The notes below the pieces were generated by a model. The model made no database searches. It had not been told where the DNA came from and saw only the letters and a list, made by a program, of their open reading frames with translations. A stretch of 64,000 nt of DNA. Source: Selaginella moellendorffii (Eukaryota > Plantae > Lycopodiophyta). The DNA lies in contig NW_003314285.1 of assembly GCF_000143415.4 (NCBI RefSeq), positions 1,143,370-1,207,369 on the forward strand, in the 5' to 3' direction. Below are positions 37,670 through 50,942 of this stretch, piece after piece (position 1 is the first letter of the stretch; every line of letters starts with the position of its first letter). The position numbers were made by a program, and so were the translations under genes.

Positions 37670-40600
37670 CACTGTAGTATGGCTCAAGATATTGAGATTG
37701 AGAATTTGCCAAGGGAAGTTTGCAAATTAAATAAGGAGAACAAGAAGAGAAAAAAGAAGCTGAGGTAGCTAAACCAACAAAACTTAAGCAATTAGACTCC
37801 TCTTCAAGTTCTGAGGACGATGAAGTTTTGCAACTGCCCCCAGTTGCATGAGTTTCAAAGTTCAAGTCTCCGAAACCACCCAATTTCAAAGGCATGTGGG
37901 ACTATTAGGGTTTGGAAGACTGAGTTTATGATATGGAAAACTATTTTATAGCAGCAGACGTAAATGATCATACGAAAGTTCTATATATACAATCCTTTCT
38001 CACCGATCATGCCAAACTTGGTGGCACTAAGTGTGTGCTGAAAAAGGGCAAACTAGAAGTTGGACCAAGATGCGGTCTCGTATCCATAAAAAATACTTGC
38101 CGGACAATCTTGGTTTGAGACTTTGTGCAAAGCTGCGGTGGTTAAAGCAGCGAGGGGACTTTATGCATAACGTTAATGCGTTTGCTTAGAAGCATATTAT
38201 GATTGCAAATATGAGTGACGAAGATGCTCAAAGTTATTTCCTAGAAGGTTTAAGTTCACTTTCTTGCAATGAAATTTTGAAGTTTAAGCCAAAGACATAG
38301 AATGTAAGGATATAGCATAGCAAATTGCCTTTAGTCATTCGCTCATGGAACAATATCAGTAGCCATATGCTAAACAAGGTGATCGGAAACAAAGGGTGGA
38401 AGGGAAGTTCCACCCTAGAGGTTCACAAGCAATGGTTAACAAAGGTGGTGGTTGGTGACCACTAGCAACATTTTGCTAGTCCTATGCCCTTTGTTCCTCC
38501 TCCTGGTGGGTACAAGTAACAGCAACTTGTGAAACCTACTCCTAGCAGAATGGGTAGTGTGGGTTATTTCTTCCATTGTGAAGAGATAGGATATAGATCC
38601 TCAGAATGTCCAAATAAGCATAAGATAAGGTTTCATATTAATGTCATGAGGGAAGACAATGGTGGTGAAGCTGAAGGGGTTAACGAGTTGGTCAATATAG
38701 ACTATGAGGAAGAGGAGGTGAGTTACTTTCGTTACTTTCCTCAAGCTTTTCTTGCAGTCAATGCAAACACTAATCCGTTGATGTATCTGGTAGGCTTTGT
38801 CCACAAACACCAAATCCGAGTGATGATTGACATGGGAGCTACGCACTGTGTGATATCCAAAGAGTTAAGTTAGTTAAGTTATTAGTTAAGTTGTTAGGAT
38901 TGAATGCTAAGCAGATGTCGCCCATATACTTGCGGTTTGTAGAAGGTGGGCAAGTAGCCAAAAAATTTATGAGTGATGTTCCAATAAAAATATCCAAGTG
39001 GAAAGAAAGAGTGGACTTGGTAGTGTTAAAGATACCAAATTTTTAGATGGTGTTTGGTATGGATTTCTTCAACAAATATATTAAAGGGATTTATGGTGTT
39101 GGACAAAGTCACATCACATTGAAGTTAGAATGATGTCCCGATGTGTCCTTCCAATTGCAAAAGCACTCCTCAAAGGATTGGAATGCTAAGTTCTTAATTG
39201 CGAGAGCCGCTCAAAAAGCAATTAAAAAGGGATGTCAGACTTTTTGGGTTCAAGTGATGGAAACTAAAGGTGATGATAGTTTAATTCGAATCGGTGATGG
39301 GGTTGATCCAATACCAAAGAAGATATTAGAGTTGTTGGCAAGGAATCAGGATATTTTTCCAAAGGATTTGCCACCAAGGCTACTTCCTAGCCGTGAGGTT
39401 GATCATCAGATTAAGGTTATTTTAGGTTCCAAACCACTTACAAAAGCTCCATATCACTTGAACATTAAGGAGATGGCTAAACTCAAGAAGCAACTCACAG
39501 AGCTTCTTGACAAAAGTTATATTGGACCAAGCAAGTCACCTTATAGAGTGCCGGTCCTTTTTGTTATAAAAAAAGATGGAACCATGAGGATGTGTATTGA
39601 TTATCGGGCTCTCAACAAGATCATGGTCAAAAATAGTTATCCTTTACTTCACATTAATGACTTGTTTGACCAACTCTTAAAAGCTAAGTATTTTACTCGA
39701 CTTGATTTGCAGTCTGGGTATCATTAGATACAGGTGGTAGATCAGGATGTGGAGAAGACAGCCTTTAAGACTCAATATAAGTCTTATGAGTTCCTTGTCA
39801 TGCCATTCGGGTTATGCAATACTCCAGCAACATTCAGCACTATGATGGATAAAATATTTAAAGATTATTTGGACACATTTGTTGTCTTATATATCAATGA
39901 TGTTTTAGTCTTTAGTGAAACATTGGAGGATCATTTGAAACACTTGAAGCCAGTGTTTCAGAAATTGCGTGAACATAAATTGTATGTTAAAGAAAGTAAA
40001 TGCACTTTTGGACAATTGCACATAAGCTTTCTTGGACATATAGTTGGTGGAGGCATAATTGAGGTGGATCCAACGAAGGTGGAAGTGGTAAAGTCTTGGG
40101 AAGTCCCGACAATTGTATCAAATGTTTATTCCTTTCTCGGTTTGACGGGATACTATCGCAAGTTTGTTCACAAATTTGCATATATTGCTTTTTTGTTGAC
40201 TGAGTTAACAAAGAATAGTATACCATTTCATTAGACACCAGCTTGTTAGCGTGCTTTTGTACGGTTGAAAGAAATCTTGACTACAGTTCCTGTTTTTAGG
40301 ATCCCGAATCTTGATAAACCCTTCGAAGTACATTATGATGCATTTGGCTATGCTATTGGTGTCATGTTGCACCAAAATTATAATAAAGAAGTTAGTGTTA
40401 CGCTAAGGCAACATGGTTGTCCCATTGCGTTCTACTCCAAAAATTGGATGACCCAACAAAGATGGCCAATGCACGAGAAAGAGATGTTTGCTATAGTGTT
40501 GACATTGGAACATTGCATTTAGGGTTTAGGGTTTAAACCCTAAACCCTAAACCCTGACATACCAAAGTTTATATGGATAGTAACACACTAAGCTACTTTG

Positions 40601-42230
40601 CTATGCAACCTAAGCTTACGATGAAGCAAGCTCATTGGCAAAAGAAGCTCGCTAAATTTAATATTGAAATCATCTATAAACTTGGTAAAGACAATGTTGT
40701 TCCAGATGCATTAAGTCGTCAAGCTATGTTTTGGGCAATATCAGCAATCAGTTCAGACTGGTTGGAGGACGTATAGGCTTCATATGGAAGTGATCCATTG
40801 GCAAAAGTAATCTTGCACTGTATGGAGTTGTCAAAGTAGAACTTTGGTAGTGAAGCAGTGAAAGTTGTTAGTCATACCAATATAAAACTTCACTTCCCAA
40901 TTTGGGATGGGTTTATATTCTATAAGTAAGAAAGATTGTATCTTCCCTCTAAAGATCTGTAGTAGTTGTTTCTGTGGGAACATCATAATGTTCCAGTAGC
41001 GGGACATGGTGGAAAACACAAGACTCTTGCTTCATTAAAAAAGGGATTTTTCTTGTTTGGTATGGAAGGTGATGTAGTGGACTATATCCATTCCTACTCT
41101 ATATGCCAACAATGTAAGTGCAAAACTGAGAAGTAGGCTGGAAAGTTGCAGTGCATTCCAGTGCCAACATGGCCATTTCAGAGTATGATACTTGACTTTA
41201 TCACTTGCTTGCCGAAGTCTAAAGGTTATGATACTTTGATGGTGGTTGTGGATTAGTTGTCAAAAATTTCACACTTCATTCCAACTGTGGAAATAGTGAA
41301 TACAAAGCAAGCAATAAAGTTCTTTTCATGGTCTTCCTGAAGAGATGATCTTGAATAGACATTTAAGATTTACAGAGAAGTTTTAGGCCATATTGTTCCA
41401 GTTGTTCAATACTAAGTTGAAGTTTAGTACGGCTTATCATCCTCAAATTGATGGGTAAACTGAACGTGTGAATGCTCAAGTTGAGGATTATTTGCGGTAC
41501 TATATCGCAGTGGACCAATGCGACTGGGTTGACCATTTAGATATAGTAGAAATCTATTATAACAACACATTTACAGTGCTATTGGCTGTTCTCCATGGGA
41601 GATGCTGCAAGGGAATGTTTATAGGGTTCCTCAACAGATTGTTATACCGAAATCAATATCTAAAGTGTTGGTCTTAGCCTTTGAGACTTATATGGAGTAG
41701 CTATGCCAGAGTTGGTCTAGAGCTACTGAGGCGATGGGAAAAGCTCAAAATAGGTATCAACGTGATAAGGATTAACATTGTTAGGATGTATCCTATCAAG
41801 TGGGAAATTAGGTGTGGCTATCTTCCCAAAACTTGAATATTAAGGGATCCTTGTCTTGGAAGCTGTTACCAAGATACGTTGGACCTTATCAGGTTTTGAA
41901 GCAAATTAGTGATATATCCTATCAAATGGATTTTCTTGCAAAAATGTATAGTGTTCATAATGTATTTCATGCCAATTTATTGGCTCCTTACATTATGGAT
42001 GTTGCATCTCAAAAGAAGATTCATCCGCCACCAGAAGTTGTGAATGGTAAACCTGAATACAGTGTTAAAACTATCTTGGATTCTTGGTTTTAGAGATGGG
42101 CTTATGCGAAAGAGTATTTTATTAAGTGGAAGGGTTACCCAACTTGTGAATCAATTTAGAAACCTCTTAGGAATCTTATACATGCTTGTGAGCTTGTCAT
42201 AGAGTATGAGAATCATAATAAAGACTAGCT
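37670..42230 (+). pseudogene. Gypsy-C: decayed chromovirus gag-pol without visible LTRs
   Basis: Knuckle FHCEEIGYRSSECP, PR IDMGATH, RT ORFs 39143-39727 and 39734-40234, RNase H MHEKEMFAIV, integrase HPQIDG*TERVN, GPY motif and chromodomain (41812-42200). Confidence 0.85.
40518..40555. repeat. Head-to-head plant telomere repeats (TTTAGGG)n/(CCCTAAA)n
   Basis: TTTAGGGTTTAGGGTTT|AAACCCTAAACCCTAAACCCT. Confidence 0.9.
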
Positions 42231-42354
42231 TTTGTAAATCTTATAATAAATCTTGCAAATCAATAAAGTAATATATTTCTATAATCATGAAATAATCTAC
42301 CAATTTATAATAGTTATCTAAATCTTCCTGACGGGTTTAATTTTTAGAAGAATT

Positions 42355-42452
42355 TGGGATAAAATAGCCATTAAAAACTCTTTTATTAAGCAATTACCCT
42401 TTCTCCAATTGGTTTAAAGGGAGAGAGATAGGGTGTGCTACATGTGGTATCT
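42355..42452 (+). repeat. Partial LTR of the 162-bp TRIM family with PBS remnant
   Basis: GGGATAAAATAGCCATT...GGTGTGCTACA followed by TGTGGTATC. Confidence 0.7.
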
Positions 42453-42649
42453 CCAAATTCAAGTGCATTACAGCCTGTCAATCACTACAATATAAAGACC
42501 GTCAAAGGGATTAGAAAAGAGAATAGAAAAACAAAACAAAAATATAGAAGAAAGTAATAAGGAAACAAAAGTGATGAAAGTAGAGGTAGAAGCAAAAGGA
42601 CAAAGAGGTACAAAAGTGAAAGGAATGAAAGAAATATAAAGAAGTATGA

Positions 42650-44283
42650 AATAAGAGGGAGAAGCCTCAAAGTTACACTTAACATGATTGTAGTGCAACC
42701 AATCTATACCAAGGATGAGGTCAAAAGCCTGACTTGGCATCACATGTAGTGACTGCAAATAAAGCTTAAGATCACCCATACACATAACTAGGTCTGCCTC
42801 ATCCCGTATATATGCATGTGTACGGCCATTACCATAAAGAATGAAAACTAGCTCTGCCACACAATGCAAATGTAAACGGCAATGTGTGGCAATAGGCTGA
42901 GCAATAGAAGATAAACTCGAGCATGTATCAACTAACATGGAGAGAAAAATAGAAAAACTCTTATTATAAAAACGAGCTTGGAAAGTAAATATTGGATGGA
43001 CTAGTGCTAAATGAACCCCTTTATGATACTCTCGACAAAAAGATGGAAGGGTCACTGATTTATTTGCGCAAGGTCCCTCTATTACTTGTGCAACACGTTG
43101 TTTCCCAGATGCATCTCATTGTTTCCTAGATGCATCTTGTTATCCAAACCTTCCACTACAACAGCACCAACAGGATGTTCTTGATGCCAAAGTCTCCACC
43201 TTAAAAATGGAGGTCACCAATCTAGAAAACACCGACAACACCGATAAATGTGAATAACTTCATCACACACCTAGCAGCAAACATCACGACCACGGCCACA
43301 TCCTCATCCTTGTCCTTGAACTCGGGCAGCAGCAATATCAACCTTAATTGGAATAGGACCATCTGACATGCAGCGAGAAGTGGAAGAGATAACATTTTAT
43401 AACGTTATGCCAAGAAAAGGGCATCATCAAGGGTGGCTGAAGTCAGTGCATGCACAAGTCCTACAAGAACTTGAAGAAGTGTTGGCCACAACATTCTTAA
43501 CTTGATCCGCTTCAACAAATTTGGCTCCACATGAATCAAGAGGCTTCAAAAACAAATGCTATATTGCATCACTAACTTAGATGGCCCTTGATAAAGATGA
43601 TGCAATTGTTAGAAGGCATCATCACAATCATTAGCATATCAAAATGTGTGTTTGAAGATGTCTGAGAGAATACTCCAATCTTCACGAGTGGCTGCACTCA
43701 AACCATTATACTACTGCAGCGCCATCCCTTAGAAATACGTGGGAAACTCATGCAAATGTCAAGCATCATCTCAAGAATTATATGTGGCAATCACCATAAA
43801 GTGATCAAATTAATAATACATATCATCCCCAAGATTCCCACGAAAGAACTTCGGCCGGACATGAGGATTGGTAGTAAAGAATAGGAGTTGTACCACGCAT
43901 TGTGGATGCTACGATCAACTAAATTTGATTTTTCAACTGCAACTGCATAACATTGAGCAAATGCACCAACTGTTGTTTCAAAGTCAAAGGAAGCTACTGC
44001 TTTACCATGAAGATGAATGAAAAAACAAAAACAAAAACAAAAGAAATGGAAAAAGCTAGAAGGAAAAGGAGATTTATACAATGCAAAAACTATATCTTAA
44101 CCAAAATCCCAAATCTAAGCATGGAATATGAAAAGGGAATACAAAAATGTGTATATTAATTAACCCAAAAACCCTAATTTATATACAAGAGCGAGTGGTC
44201 CAGATTGAAACCAATCATAGGGCTACCATCCCACTACACTAATATTAGTACATAGCATCGTAGCTGTACACTTAGACCACACA
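42650..44283 (-). mobile_element. Decayed gypsy 5' part (protease remnant) plus LTR 44112-44283; possibly the other end of the 14021-15866 element
   Basis: ORF 42468-43055 has LVDTCSS and FDLILGIDWL retropepsin motifs. The LTR is similar to 14021-14195. No clean TSD. Confidence 0.5.
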
Positions 44284-44504
44284 TTGTTTAATTTAATATT
44301 ATTTATAATTCAGTTTGGAAATTTGTAAAATAACTGTTTAGTAGCTATGTAAGAAGTAACATTTTGAAGAACATATTAGTAAGAACAATAGTAAAACCCT
44401 TGCTTTTACAATCCCAGCTCAAATAAATTCTTGCATTGACTATCATTTGGAATAAGTTCTTCTCTATTCGAACACACTCTAAACAATAATTACAATCACA
44501 TAAG

Positions 44505-45940
44505 ATGAGCTCCATAACTTCTCAAGCATACCAAACAAAGCTGCTGCTTCTTTCGTTGCTCTTTAACTCCCAAGGAGTTCACAGGTCCTGTAGACAAACA
44601 AAACATTAGATTTGATTTCCAGCGTGCTAAAGCTTGAAGGTGAAAATAATTCCAGACCTATCACATATCTGGCTCACCTTGATTCACCATAACATACTTG
44701 CCAGAGCTGTTAGAAGGTTTCATCTTTTCCTTTTGCAAGGCTCACACTTCCGAGAATTTGTCTTGCAGCATCGAGAATGCTCACTCGTCCATCATCTTCA
44801 GCTACAAGTACGCCTTCAGTAGGTTCTCGGTGTACCTGACTGAACAAGAGGCCGAAAAAATCTCCAGTCATTGCTTAACACATGAACAGACCACTGTCTG
44901 AGGCCCTCAACAGCAAAACGCTCCATCCACTCACAACACACTCGTGGGATTTCCTCGGCCTGGCCATGCCAGCCAAAAGCAGTCACGCTGAAGTGCTCCC
45001 CTACTGACGTGATCGTCGGACTTCTGGACACAGGTAACTTACAAAACTCACTCGAAAATGCTTGATGTGCTTACTTGCTCTGTGCGTAGAACTCTGGCCG
45101 GAGTCGGAGAGTTTCAGACATGGAACCTGTGCCAGCTCATTGGAAAGGAACTTGCGTCAATCCACCAGGCACCAAAGCCAATGAGACTGTCAACTGCAAC
45201 AAGTATGTGTTAGAGTTTTCCAGAAGAAAAGACTAAAGTGATGAATGAACTCTTTACCAGGAAACTTGTTAGAGCCAGATACTATAAGGGAGCGAAAGTC
45301 CATACAAGAACTTGAGAGACTCGGTGGACATGGTCGTCGACAGCTGCTGGAAGCCTGGTTCCACACACGAGCAAGAGACGAGGAGGAGCTCCAAATCCTT
45401 GGATCGCCATGTACGAAGTCTGCTGGACGGATATGCGAGGAGGTTGACATTGCTGCGGGTTTCGACGATGCCATCAACGACGGCAATTTACAGCGTAGAC
45501 GTCATTGCGATTGATGCCTATCACGCCGTTGAAAGAGGGATCATGGTCTCTTGCGCTGGTGGAAACTCTGGACCATTTACTGGATCGGTGTCCAACGGTG
45601 CTCTCTGGATCTTCACAGTCGGTGCCACTACAATCGACAGGGAGATCAATGAGGATGCTAAAATAGCAGCCAAGTAAGTATAACAGATGATCAAAAGGTG
45701 CCTCGTGGTTTCTGTGCAGTCGTAAATCACGAATTCTCAGAGGAACAACGATTCCTTACAAACCAGCACCTGTAGTAAGGAAGTTTTCATGAAGAGATCC
45801 ACATACAATCAGTCCGGATATCATCAAGGTACTCGAAAACATACCATGAAAATTGTGACTTACCTCATGTTGCAGCCAGATGTTACCACTCCAAGAGTCG
45901 AGATCTTAGCAACTTGGCCAAGCAATATCCCTGTCACTAA
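44505..45940 (+). pseudogene. Subtilisin-like protease pseudogene (5' two-thirds, with signal exon)
   Basis: Starts MSSITSQAYQTKLLLLSLLF. I9 prodomain ([10 protein letters not shown]), VGLLDTG and GGNSGP are present. Deletions remove HGTH. Truncated before the catalytic Ser. Confidence 0.85.
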
Positions 45941-46535
45941 TGTTTTTTTTTCCCCTTCTTTCTAGAGGACCTGTGAACTCCTTGAGACTTAAAGGGCAAT
46001 GAAAGAAGAAGTAGCTTTGCTTGCTATGCTTGAGAAGTTATGGAGTTCATCTTATTGGTTTGCTTAAGCAAACCCGGATGGATATATTAAAATATGCTTG
46101 AATATTCTAGGATATTTTACCATCTAATGGTTGTTATTCATTTAAATTAATTTTGTATTTATAATTTATAAGCATGTTTATAATTTATAAAAAATTTTAA
46201 ACACTTTCTAATTCTTTTTATTCTACCATCTAATGGTTGATATGCAATAAGATTAATCTTGTGTTTATAAATTATGAACATGTTTATAATTATAAAGTTT
46301 TATTCGATCAATTGGATTAATAAGTAAGAATTTACTATTAAGAAAATCAAGCGTTGCTACATGCACCACATAGCAAATTATTTATATTAATTGTTGTTTA
46401 GAAGAATATTAGTCAATGCAAGAATTTATTTTTTATATATATAGAATTTTAGTTTTTTAAAATACATATTGCCACATGATTTATGTAATATTTAAAGAAC
46501 ATACTTAATTAATATTTATAATTTAAAAATTGTGT

Positions 46536-46720
46536 AGATATTGTATTATATTCTGATAATTCAATTATATCAAGATCATATTGTAATTGTAAGAAGAAAA
46601 AATTGTAATTTATTAAAAACTATTTCCTTCTCTTCAAAGTGATTTAATTCAGTATTATATGAATCCCATCAAAAAATCATTTTTAAAACCTATATAAACC
46701 TATATAATTAATTGTGATTT
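46536..46720 (+). pseudogene. Decayed 3' fragment of the lectin-fusion gene
   Basis: TATTCTGATAATTCAATTAT, TCTCTTCAAAGTGA and GTATTATATGAATCCCATCA match 50520-50730. Confidence 0.75.
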
Positions 46721-46899
46721 CTTTTCTAAAATTAAATAGAAGTTTCTTTTGGTGAGGAGTTTTTTGGTTATACTATTATTAATGTGTAATTTTCATCAGA
46801 TTCAATATGGACCATTTTTAGGTTATTATAAATATATACATTTCTAGCTTTTACATTAGTGGAGGTAAGGCTTCTAAGAGTGTTCAGATTTGTGATTTT

Positions 46900-48960
46900 T
46901 CTTTAGATCTAGCTTTAGCATCATCTAAATCTTTGATTTTCTTTTATTTTTTTAATTTTTTCTCCTCTCACAGTAAGTAAACCCTTTATTTATGGAGTAA
47001 TAATTGTTATAATTGCTCAATGTTATGTAGTTGTAACTAGACAATTAAACACAATTGATAGCAATATTCATGACATATGGTGCAACTTCTTTTCCTCTTA
47101 CTCCTTTTACCTGTCTAGTTGGATTTCTTCTATGGAAATTCTAAGGATGATATATATTATTGGTTTAATCAATTCATAATAACTGCCACTTATCATTCTT
47201 AGGATGATGTTTGGATTTCATTATTACTTCTTACCATTTTTTCATGCCCTTCTCATGTTCCCTCAATAATCTTTATAATACTATAGTTGATTAGCTCAAG
47301 AAAAAGTATATTGATTTCTTCAACTTTCATATGTCTTCTAGGGAAAATATTGCAATATGTCAATCTTCTTCTAATTAGAGATGTTCATTTAAACAAGATT
47401 CATGTTTAGTATTAATCACCAAAAGAGTTGTGAGCCAATATTAAGGAAATGTTACAGAAGGGTGTTATTTGGAAAGTTTAAAATTGTTAGTTATATAAAC
47501 CTTATTTATGAAGTATGATAAAAGGATTTGGTTCAACATCAACAATCACCCATTGAATGATATGATAGTTTTGAGTATGTACCCACTTCCTCATTTAAAG
47601 CAAAGCCATTAGCTCACCATATTGGATCTCACCTTTAGGTATTGGCAATATTTTTAAAATTATTTTCTATATGAATGGATCAAAACATGATTAATGGATC
47701 ACCTTTGGCATATCATAAAGAACTTTATCCATATATTAGAAATTCACTGAAACATTACTCAAGCCAAATACCATCATTAAGTACTTGTATAAACTAAATA
47801 GTGAAGGTGATGTGGGAAGAATATATTTATGATGTACATATTGGTTATATAAAGTTGGTTTGAAGCTAAAGTAGTTTATAAAGTGTATGAGTAATGCATA
47901 ATGTTTTATTGGCAAAGTGCAATATCTTATAAATTTTATTTTTTATTGTACTGCACCATTGCAAGCATTATTAAAGTCATTGATATCATCTTTCATCTAA
48001 TGTAAAACTGTAAATAAGTATTTATAGAACTCAAGGATGTTTTGCTAACTCCTCCACTTTTGGAATACACTAATTACATTTATCCTTTCATCTTGAGCAT
48101 GAATGCTTAATATATTGATTGAAGGATGCTAATATAAGAGAGTTTGAGTGTGCCTAATAAGTGTCTTAATAGTCCTATGTTTATGGTTGAGACATTTCAT
48201 ATATTAACATCTCAACTAAGGATATGCCACACTTTTGTGAATGTTTATTATCCACAAATAAATAATTTGATAAAATGATTTGTTAAAACCTTCAAGGCGA
48301 TGATGGCAAAGTATATGACTTTTCAATTAGAATGTGATAGTTATTTACATCTCTTTGGTATAGTTATATCATGAAGTGCAAAGTTTTACCGTTGCTTCAC
48401 TATATAAAGACTTATGTACTCATGATCCCAGTTTGCTAATAAAATTGAGTTTATCTTTGTGATTGTTTTAAACTATTAACATTGGGTCATGGGATTCATA
48501 GTTAATAAGCATTCCTTCATTTATTTTAGTGGAACTTGATAAACATTTGAGCAGTGGGATAAAAATGGTACTGAGACTTTAATTGTCATCTATTTATGGT
48601 GTGTAGAGTGGATGATCGAGTGTTAATTCATTCTACCTGTCTTATAGTATATAGTTTATTAGTTGAAAAAGACTATATAGCATACATAAATTTATAAGGT
48701 TTAGCATAAAACTTTGAGCCTCTAGAAATTATACATGTAAAATGCTTCATATAAAGAGATTAGAAATAAATTACACTACTTATATATCCACCAATACCTC
48801 ATTTTTCCGAACTATCAACTAAAGAACATTAATTATTTTCCATCCTTTTGAGAGAAGGGGATGGTATTATGGTAAGTGTATAGTTTAAATGCCATATACT
48901 ATTATAAGTGTAATAAAATGTTTATATAGAATCGACTCAATTTTTAACTCACTCTCAATT
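46900..48960 (+). mobile_element. Highly AT-eroded gypsy remnant (same family as 14021-15866)
   Basis: Traces of YPLP and DL..GYWQ near 47580-47650. Integrase segment matches 14830-14950 (-). PPT GAGAGAAGGGGATGG at ~48850. Confidence 0.6.
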
Positions 48961-49903
48961 CTCTCCAGATTTAAATAACGATCCCAAAGAAATCTCACTA
49001 CTAATGATACTAGTTGATAAATGATTATTTGTTCAGTTTTTGGTTGGAAAACAAAAGGTATTAAGGGAAACTAGATTAAACATAGTTTTTAAGTCTAGGA
49101 TACATCCTATCAATTTTAATATTAATTATAATAATAAACATGGTCTATTTATTATCAATAACTAATAATCAAATGAAAAAATATTTCAGCTAATTTTTTA
49201 GACTATTTGAATGTTTTTTTGAGTGGGTTTTGATTTTACCACTCAAGGAACTTAAGTTTGATATATGTTTCAGAGTATTTTATATTTTTAAATAATTTTT
49301 AATAAAAAGAATTTTAGAAAGCGTTCTATGAATATTTCTTATTCAAATTAATTAAAATTAAAATATATGCTGTGAATATTGTAATATAAGTTTTACAAAT
49401 AAGAAATTAATAAATAAATCTTACTTCTTTTATTTTTCATTAAGATTGAGAAGAGTGGGTCCCCTAAAATACTACCTTGATAGAGGTGATATTGTATTAA
49501 CTGCCAGATCATCAATAAAGCTGAGATAATTCTGTCCATCATCTTATTATAGTATTTTAATTCTTTAAAATACATATTGACACTATAGTTACAAGTTAAG
49601 TTTTATATAATATAAACTTCTTTAATTATATTTTATGATTTAGCCAATTGTTAGATTTTGAGAAAAATAATCTTAATGGCTAAGTTACAACTTAAAACCT
49701 TTAAATGTGTGTAAGGTAGTAATTTCAGGTCATTTGTGTAGTGTCATCTAGTTTTGCCTTTCATAATCTTAAATGACATTGATTCACCAAGCTTAAATCT
49801 TATTTTAAATCATTTAACACTTATGTTTAAAATATTTTTTTATCTTTTTGATATTATTAATAAAATTTACTATTTCAACAATAAATTATAGTGGAAAAAT
49901 AGT

Positions 49904-50722
49904 ATGACAGTTGATAGTGTTAATTTAATTATTCTTACTATTGAACTAATGATTAATAACACTGAATCTGGAGAGTTACCAAAAGGTCAAAGCATGCAAT
50001 ATGATTATACAATACAAGATGATATATATGGTCCTTTAAGCATTACAAATCAAATATGGATTTATAGTTTAAATGGAAAATTTATTGATACAACTTGTGG
50101 AGCAAATCTTGTTGAATATGAACATGATGATGGTGATAATGTAAGACATAGATTGACTACTCTATTAAATTTATATTGTAATAATATTCTTACTTTACGT
50201 GCAAGATTTGTTAGAATAGTGTTTGGTTTTTATGCTATTGAGTTTATAGAAAAAAATTCTGCACATGGATTACCACAAATTCAAAATACTATATCCAATA
50301 ATTTACATGATTGTAGAATTTATCTCACTACTTTAATTAGTAACATGCCTTACAATACCTTAAAAGCTACTGAATTTTTACTATCACCAAATAATAAAGG
50401 TTATTTATATTTACATTTAAATTGCATTCTTGCTTTATATGTAAGAAATGTTATAAAATGGTATAAAGGATCTTCAAATTTTAAAAACTGTGAATTTAAG
50501 ATAGAAATGGATGGGAATATTGTACTGTATTCTGATAATTCAATTATGGTTTGGTCTCCTAATATATATTGTAATAAGAAGAGAAATTGTGATATAGTAA
50601 AAACATTTCTTTCTCTTCAAAGTGATTGTAATTTGGTATTATATGAATCCCATCAGAAAACATTTTTAAAACATCCTACATTGAAGGTATTGTGGGCTTC
50701 AAATACAAACCCATGCAATTAA
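49904..50722 (+). CDS. Secreted protein: unknown N-terminal domain plus C-terminal bulb-type (GNA-like) mannose-binding lectin domain, intronless
   Basis: 272-aa ORF with hydrophobic N-terminus ending NNTES. B-lectin repeats NTLKATEFLLSPN, EMDGNIVLY..VWS, LQSDCNLVLY (QxDxNxVxY) and VLWASNT. Confidence 0.75.
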   Translation: MTVDSVNLIILTIELMINNTESGELPKGQSMQYDYTIQDDIYGPLSITNQIWIYSLNGKFIDTTCGANLVEYEHDDGDNVRHRLTTLLNLYCNNILTLRARFVRIVFGFYAIEFIEKNSAHGLPQIQNTISNNLHDCRIYLTTLISNMPYNTLKATEFLLSPNNKGYLYLHLNCILALYVRNVIKWYKGSSNFKNCEFKIEMDGNIVLYSDNSIMVWSPNIYCNKKRNCDIVKTFLSLQSDCNLVLYESHQKTFLKHPTLKVLWASNTNPCN

Positions 50723-50942
50723 TTGTAATTTCTTTGCTATGCACTTTGCAAATTGAGAGAAAACTGTGATAATTTGTATACAATAGTCAACAATTCTCAA
50801 AAGAAATAAAAACTCTACCTACTTCAATTGCTCCCTTAGAGGAACTCCTTAATAATCTGTTTCTAGATGTAGTTTAGATTTACATGCAGTTTAAGGGTAA
50901 TTTGAAGTTAAAAGTGGAAATATTTCTCTTTCGATTCTAACG

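Noticed and set aside
40360-40420. Intron in Gypsy-C RNase H (extra NYNKEVSVTLRQ)
   Set aside because: It looks like a short in-frame duplication without GT-AG ends.
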